A stretch of DNA of 54,597 nucleotides, filler included, from Jimgerdemannia flammicorona (taxonomy: Eukaryota): NCBI GenBank assembly GCA_003990765.1. It is 3 parts of 3 records of this genome, joined end to end, with 100 filler letters (N's around TTAATTAATTAA, not from the genome) between each part and the next. Parts side by side here need not be neighbours in the genome. Positions count along the whole stretch, not along the records: positions 36,469 to 54,597 come from RBNJ01002295.1; 2 more parts are not named here. One strand, given 5' to 3'. The notes beneath the pieces were generated by a model, which was given only the letters and a program-made list of their open reading frames with translations, searched no databases and was not told the origin of the DNA. Position 1 is the first letter of the stretch, and every line of letters starts with the position of its first letter. Positions 53,029 through 54,597 of this stretch are shown here, piece by piece. A program made the position numbers and the translations under genes.

Positions 53029-54597
53029 TGTAACGTGCCGGCTCAATGGAGGCAAATTACAAGGTTGGGGGTTGATGTAGTTTGGCTTGAGCCCCCAGTT
53101 ACTTTGTTAAAAGCAACAAAATGTTCTTGGTGTTTAGCGGTATAATAGTCAAAGCTGGATATCTGCGAGTGGTTTCCTTATTGGGACTGTTCTCTGGGTG
53201 TAGCAGTGGTTTGTATGTCTTTTCCTTCTTGGGTCAACTGGGAATGGCACAATTTCTGTGTAGCGTGACGATCTCCTTGTGCGTGACGGTCTGGCAATTT
53301 AGCGGTTCTCCTTCTTGGGTGACGGTCTCTGATTTCTGCGTGACGATCTCTTGTGTAGCACGGCGGGTTCCTTATGCGGGGCATTCTGATAATTTGGCGG
53401 ATAACTCGATTTGGTGCGGATTCTCCAAAAGCGGCGGGCTTCACTGGGAATTGTATGGCGTGGATTCTTCCGGGCTCACTGGGAATAATGAGGAACTCGG
53501 ATGGCTCTTCTGGGAATGCGGATAACTCGAAAGTGGCGGACGACGCGGATTCTTCCTGAATCGGCGGACTTCTTGAAAGGTGGTGGACTGTGCAAGAGTA
53601 GTTGGAGGTTCTGGTCTCTGGGGTCTCTGTCTTTCTTGTTGGTCCAACAGATGACACTGATAGCAGTAGTCTCGGGGAGAGTGGAAGACCATTTGGTGTG
53701 GACATCTTCCTAGCCGGAAGGCTTTCTCTTGGTGGGTTTCTTTCTTGGGGATAATGGTGATGGTACTGGGTCCTTCCTCTGTATTCCAGGGGTCATTATC
53801 TTCAGGTGGTGTCCAGCGGGGGTCATCCCAGGGGATGAGTTCGGGGACTTCTTCTTCATCAGATATTTCTTGTTCAGGAACTTCTTGGTCAGAAGCTTCT
53901 TCTTCCTCAGATGATTCTTGACCCCAAATTGCTTGTACTTCTGCAGCTTTGGTCACAGGTGTTTCTGGAATATGTCCGCATTTCTTCTTCTTTCTTCTGC
54001 ATTCTGGGCAAGCTGCACCAGGTGATTTCCTTTTTCCCATAATCTTGGAGGAGTGCTCAGGACACTTGTGTCTCTTGAGGTATGTGGGGCATCCTTTGGC
54101 TTCTCCTGTGATGGCTCCAATGGTAATAGGGATAGTGTTCTTGGCCCACACATTGTCTTCTGGTCTGTCATCCACCAGGTTAATTCGTGGATTGAGTCTT
54201 GGATCATTTCCATCCTTGGATTCTTCTTCTTCTTCTGTAGTAGATTCCTCACTGCTGGCATACTCTTCTTGAATGGTGACCTTCTTCTTCTTCTTCGATT
54301 GCTCATAGCTGGTCACCTTGACTCTATACTTCTTGCCTCGATAGTCAAACTTGAGTACTTGTTGGCCAATATCCACAACTGCATTCATTTCCTTCATCCA
54401 GTTGGTGCCAAGAATCATGTCATAGGTGACAGCTTCGGTGACAACAGCTTTGGGGATGGAGAACTGAATATGTCCAAGGGAGATGGTAATATTTCATACT
54501 TCTCCAAGAGGTTGAGTTCGGGCTCCATCTGCTACTATGATGCTGAGGTTGGATGGTCCATCAATGGGCCATTGGAGGGTGTCCAGGAATCGTTTGG
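53029..54597 (-). mobile_element. LTR-type element with aspartic protease and Cys/His-rich acidic ORF but no RT/IN before the terminus
   Basis: Begins TGTAAC exactly where the LINE breaks off. The minus frame gives IIVADGARTQPLGEV*...YDMILGTNW (retropepsin C-half), similar to the copy A protease region. Confidence 0.72.

Overview
Eukaryotic, most likely fungal, repeat-dense DNA. The V-ATPase C protein and the short GT-AG introns suggest an early-diverging/Mucoromycota-like fungus, but that is inference. About 90% of the window is nested transposons: several L1/Tx1-type LINEs, two copies plus an extra LTR of a dUTPase-carrying Ty3/Gypsy family whose ~1.5 kb LTRs encode their own ORF, a second decayed Gypsy family, a protease-only LTR-like element, and three hAT-type hairpin MITEs. 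The repeats show graded C>T / G>A hypermutation on both strands: CpG is lost first, then CpA/CpC, while CpT is spared, which is RIP-like but an unusual spectrum. Two CpG-retaining host-gene islands stand out. One is an intact, intronless V-ATPase subunit C retrocopy with a poly(A)-derived tail and a 13-bp TSD inside a Gypsy integrase. The other is a 4-exon minus-strand gene for a SUMO/ubiquitin-like protein that the ORF track splits into pieces. Two N-gaps with a TTAATTAATTAA linker are assembly artefacts. All calls were made by eye, with no database searches.
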